The notes beneath the pieces were generated by a model, which did not search any database, was not told where the DNA came from, and saw nothing but the letters and a program-made list of their open reading frames with translations. From Octopus sinensis (taxonomy: Eukaryota), in contig NC_043009.1 in assembly GCF_006345805.1 (NCBI RefSeq), forward strand, positions 64,852,001-64,916,000: 64,000 nt of DNA, in the 5' to 3' direction. The first letter of the stretch is position 1. Each line of letters starts with the position of its first letter. A program made the position numbers and the translations under genes. Shown one piece after another: positions 61,563-64,000 of this stretch.

Positions 61563-61796
61563 GGTTCTCCAGTTGGTAGAAAGTGGTTTTCTTTTTCTTC
61601 TGCAGAACTTCGGTGGAAGCATCAACCCGAAAGAGACGACATTGTCTCTTCTTTCTGGTGAACTCAAAAGCTCTGCAGTTTTTCATTTCAAGACACTTTG
61701 AAGCACAGGCTTGAGGATACCTGCTACGCATGGTTTTCAATGGTTGAACATCGATCGAAGCATGTTTGACCTCTATGAACCAGTCCGTTGGAGCTT
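61563..61796 (-). CDS. PAN-mucin-WSC gene, PAN/Apple domain 1 (234 nt, phase 1-1): (E)APTDWFIEVKHASIDVQPLKTMRSRYPQACASKCLEMKNCRAFEFTRKKRQCRLFRVDASTEVLQKKKKTTFYQLEN
   Basis: Same four-Cys PAN spacing as domain 2. Acceptor tatattgtag and donor C|gtaagt. Confidence 0.9.
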
Positions 61797-61809
61797 CTAC
61801 AATATACAT

Positions 61810-61980
61810 AACATACAAATGTACATACGTGCATACATACATACATACATACATACATACATACATACTACATACATACATATACATACATACATACATA
61901 CACCATACATACATACATACATGCATGCATACATACATACATGCATACATACATCCATGCATACATACATACATACATAC

Positions 61981-62011
<31 letters not shown>

Positions 62012-62012
62012 C
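61810..62012. repeat. (CATA)n microsatellite
   Basis: Direct reading. Confidence 0.95.
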
Positions 62013-62637
62013 ATGTGTGTGTCAGTGGTTAGAGCGTCGGGGTCACACTCATCCTGGGGCCCGCCTTTCACTCGAACAAATCGACCCCTAGACTTATTCT
62101 TTGTAAGCCTAGTGCTTATTCTATCGGCAACTTTTGCCGAACCGCTAGGTTACGCAGACGTAAACACACCAACATCGGTTGTAAAGCGATGGTGGGGCAC
62201 AAACACACACACACACTCTCTCTCTTTCTCCCTTACTCTATACGTATCTGTCGTCAACAGAATACTTTCGAAGGTATGTTTGTTGAAAAACAACAAAACT
62301 ACCGGTAAAATTCCCCCATTTTTTTTTCTTATTTTTATTTTTAATTGTCCTAAAATTTTCGTTGCGTCTTGCAATTTTACCGGTAAGTGTCTTACATAAT
62401 AAGGCACAAAAAGAAAATGACTCTCCCCAGACACAACAGAATATGCTTCAACGCAGGAACTCATATAAAGAATCTTGCAAACCAAATCCCAAAACTAAAC
62501 AACCGATAAGACGACATCTTTTCGTACTGAGGCAGCAAATCAAAAAAGGATTATACGAGAAATAAGAACAAAATATCAAACGAGAAAAGACAAAAAAAAA
62601 AAAAGGAACAATAAAACGAAAATGAAAACAAACTCAC

Positions 62638-62703
62638 CCCTATCTTCGGTCATATGTGTATGGACATATTCGGCGGCAACTAGGGCAGAAAGCGAAGATA
62701 AAA
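62638..62703 (-). CDS. Probable upstream exon of the PAN-mucin-WSC gene encoding the end of a signal peptide (66 nt, phase 1-1): (x)[21 protein letters not shown]
   Basis: Acceptor tttctgtttccttggtttaaag and donor G|gtgagt. Hydrophobic run ending in V-A-A resembles a signal-peptidase site and joins PAN1 in frame. The ATG exon was not found. Confidence 0.6.
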
Positions 62704-62728
62704 CTTTAAACCAAGGAAACAGAAACGG

Positions 62729-62870
<142 letters not shown>

Positions 62871-63339
62871 TACCTGTCTGTCCGTATGTATTGATTTACC
62901 TACGTCATTACTCAGAGTTTCTTATCTGGATTCTTGCAGACAGTCAACGAACTGTTAGATAAGTATTTCACTTGCAATGAATCGCCGCGCATTTATTAAT
63001 TGAAAAATTAGACAACACCTCTGACAGCTTTTTCGATTCAAGACCTTTATAAATTAATTAAAAAAATTAAAACCATTTAAAAGTCGAATCTCATCAGAGT
63101 TGGCTAAAGATATACAAATTAGGGGTTCATATTCCTGCTTGTTGAGTGAGTATACGGCTCCGAACCGTTAACTGATAAAATTCATATACATTCTTGGGAG
63201 GAATGCGTATATATTTTATCGCCTCCGAAAGATGAAAGGTACTGCCTACTTCACTGGAATTTGAATCCACAGCATAAAAACGGACGAAAAGTCGCTAGGC
63301 ATTTTGTCCGGTGTGCTAACGGTTTGCTTTTTCACCACC

Positions 63340-63340
63340 T

Positions 63341-63415
<75 letters not shown>

Positions 63416-63450
63416 CACCACCACCACCACCACCACCACCACTACTACTA
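63340..63450. repeat. (CTA)n(CCA)n microsatellite
   Basis: Direct reading. Confidence 0.95.
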
Positions 63451-63617
63451 ATGTACATGAAAATAAGAGCTACAAATAGTTTCTTGCGATTGAGACACGT
63501 GATTCGGCAGATTTTTACATAGCTCATTTTAATACTGAGTGCTTTAAATGATATTTATCTCTCACTGTTTTGGAGTACATTTTTGTTGATATATATATAT
63601 ATATATATATGGACACC

Positions 63618-63665
<48 letters not shown>

Positions 63666-63929
63666 TATATATAGATATATATATATATATATCACTGACC
63701 ATCGCGACCGACCAGGCTATCAGATGTTATTACACATCGCTGGTCACAATGCGCTTCGCATTGTTTTAGCCTTCAAATGACGCCACCCCGCTGGCTAAGC
63801 GAGCAGGCCAACAGAAGAAAGAGTGAGAGAAAGTTGTACATAGCGAAAGAGTACAGCAGGGATCGCCACCGCCCCACTGCCGGAGCCTCGTGGAATATAT
63901 ATATATATATATATATATAATATAAATAA

Positions 63930-63964
<35 letters not shown>

Positions 63965-63969
63965 ATATA

Positions 63970-64000
<31 letters not shown>

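Overview
Eukaryotic, AT-rich, microsatellite- and SINE-dense genomic DNA. The repeat families and overall style point to a coleoid cephalopod, most likely Octopus; this is an inference, as no search was run. Two spliced genes are recoverable, both on the minus strand, and neither is visible as a whole in the ORF track. (1) The 5' part of RBX1 (RING-box 1): exons 13815-13708, 7427-7400 (28 nt) and 2609-2559. The remaining exons were not found and probably lie left of the window. (2) A secreted-type mucin of about 1880+ aa spread over about 37 kb (62703-25376), with the architecture [signal-peptide end]-PAN-PAN-[about 1435-aa single-exon PTS domain made of two different 8-aa repeat blocks]-WSC-WSC-WSC. 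Its ten exons have canonical GT-AG sites and join in frame. The start codon and true last exon are not securely placed. I do not recognise this architecture as a named gene, and it is the main candidate for an undescribed system. The rest of the window is transposon-derived. It includes a TSD-flanked RTE LINE with a PHD-type zinc finger inside its reverse transcriptase and a tandem-expanded 3' UTR, and several Penelope-type ends carrying hammerhead-ribozyme motifs, including a 176-bp-arm palindrome with a hammerhead in each arm. It also holds mariner relics, non-autonomous Helitrons, MITEs, R4/Dong-like 3' ends in (TAA)n, CR1 and BovB-like fragments, and at least three tRNA-derived SINE families. 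Exon coordinates were counted base by base. Repeat boundaries are approximate (about +/-10-20 nt).
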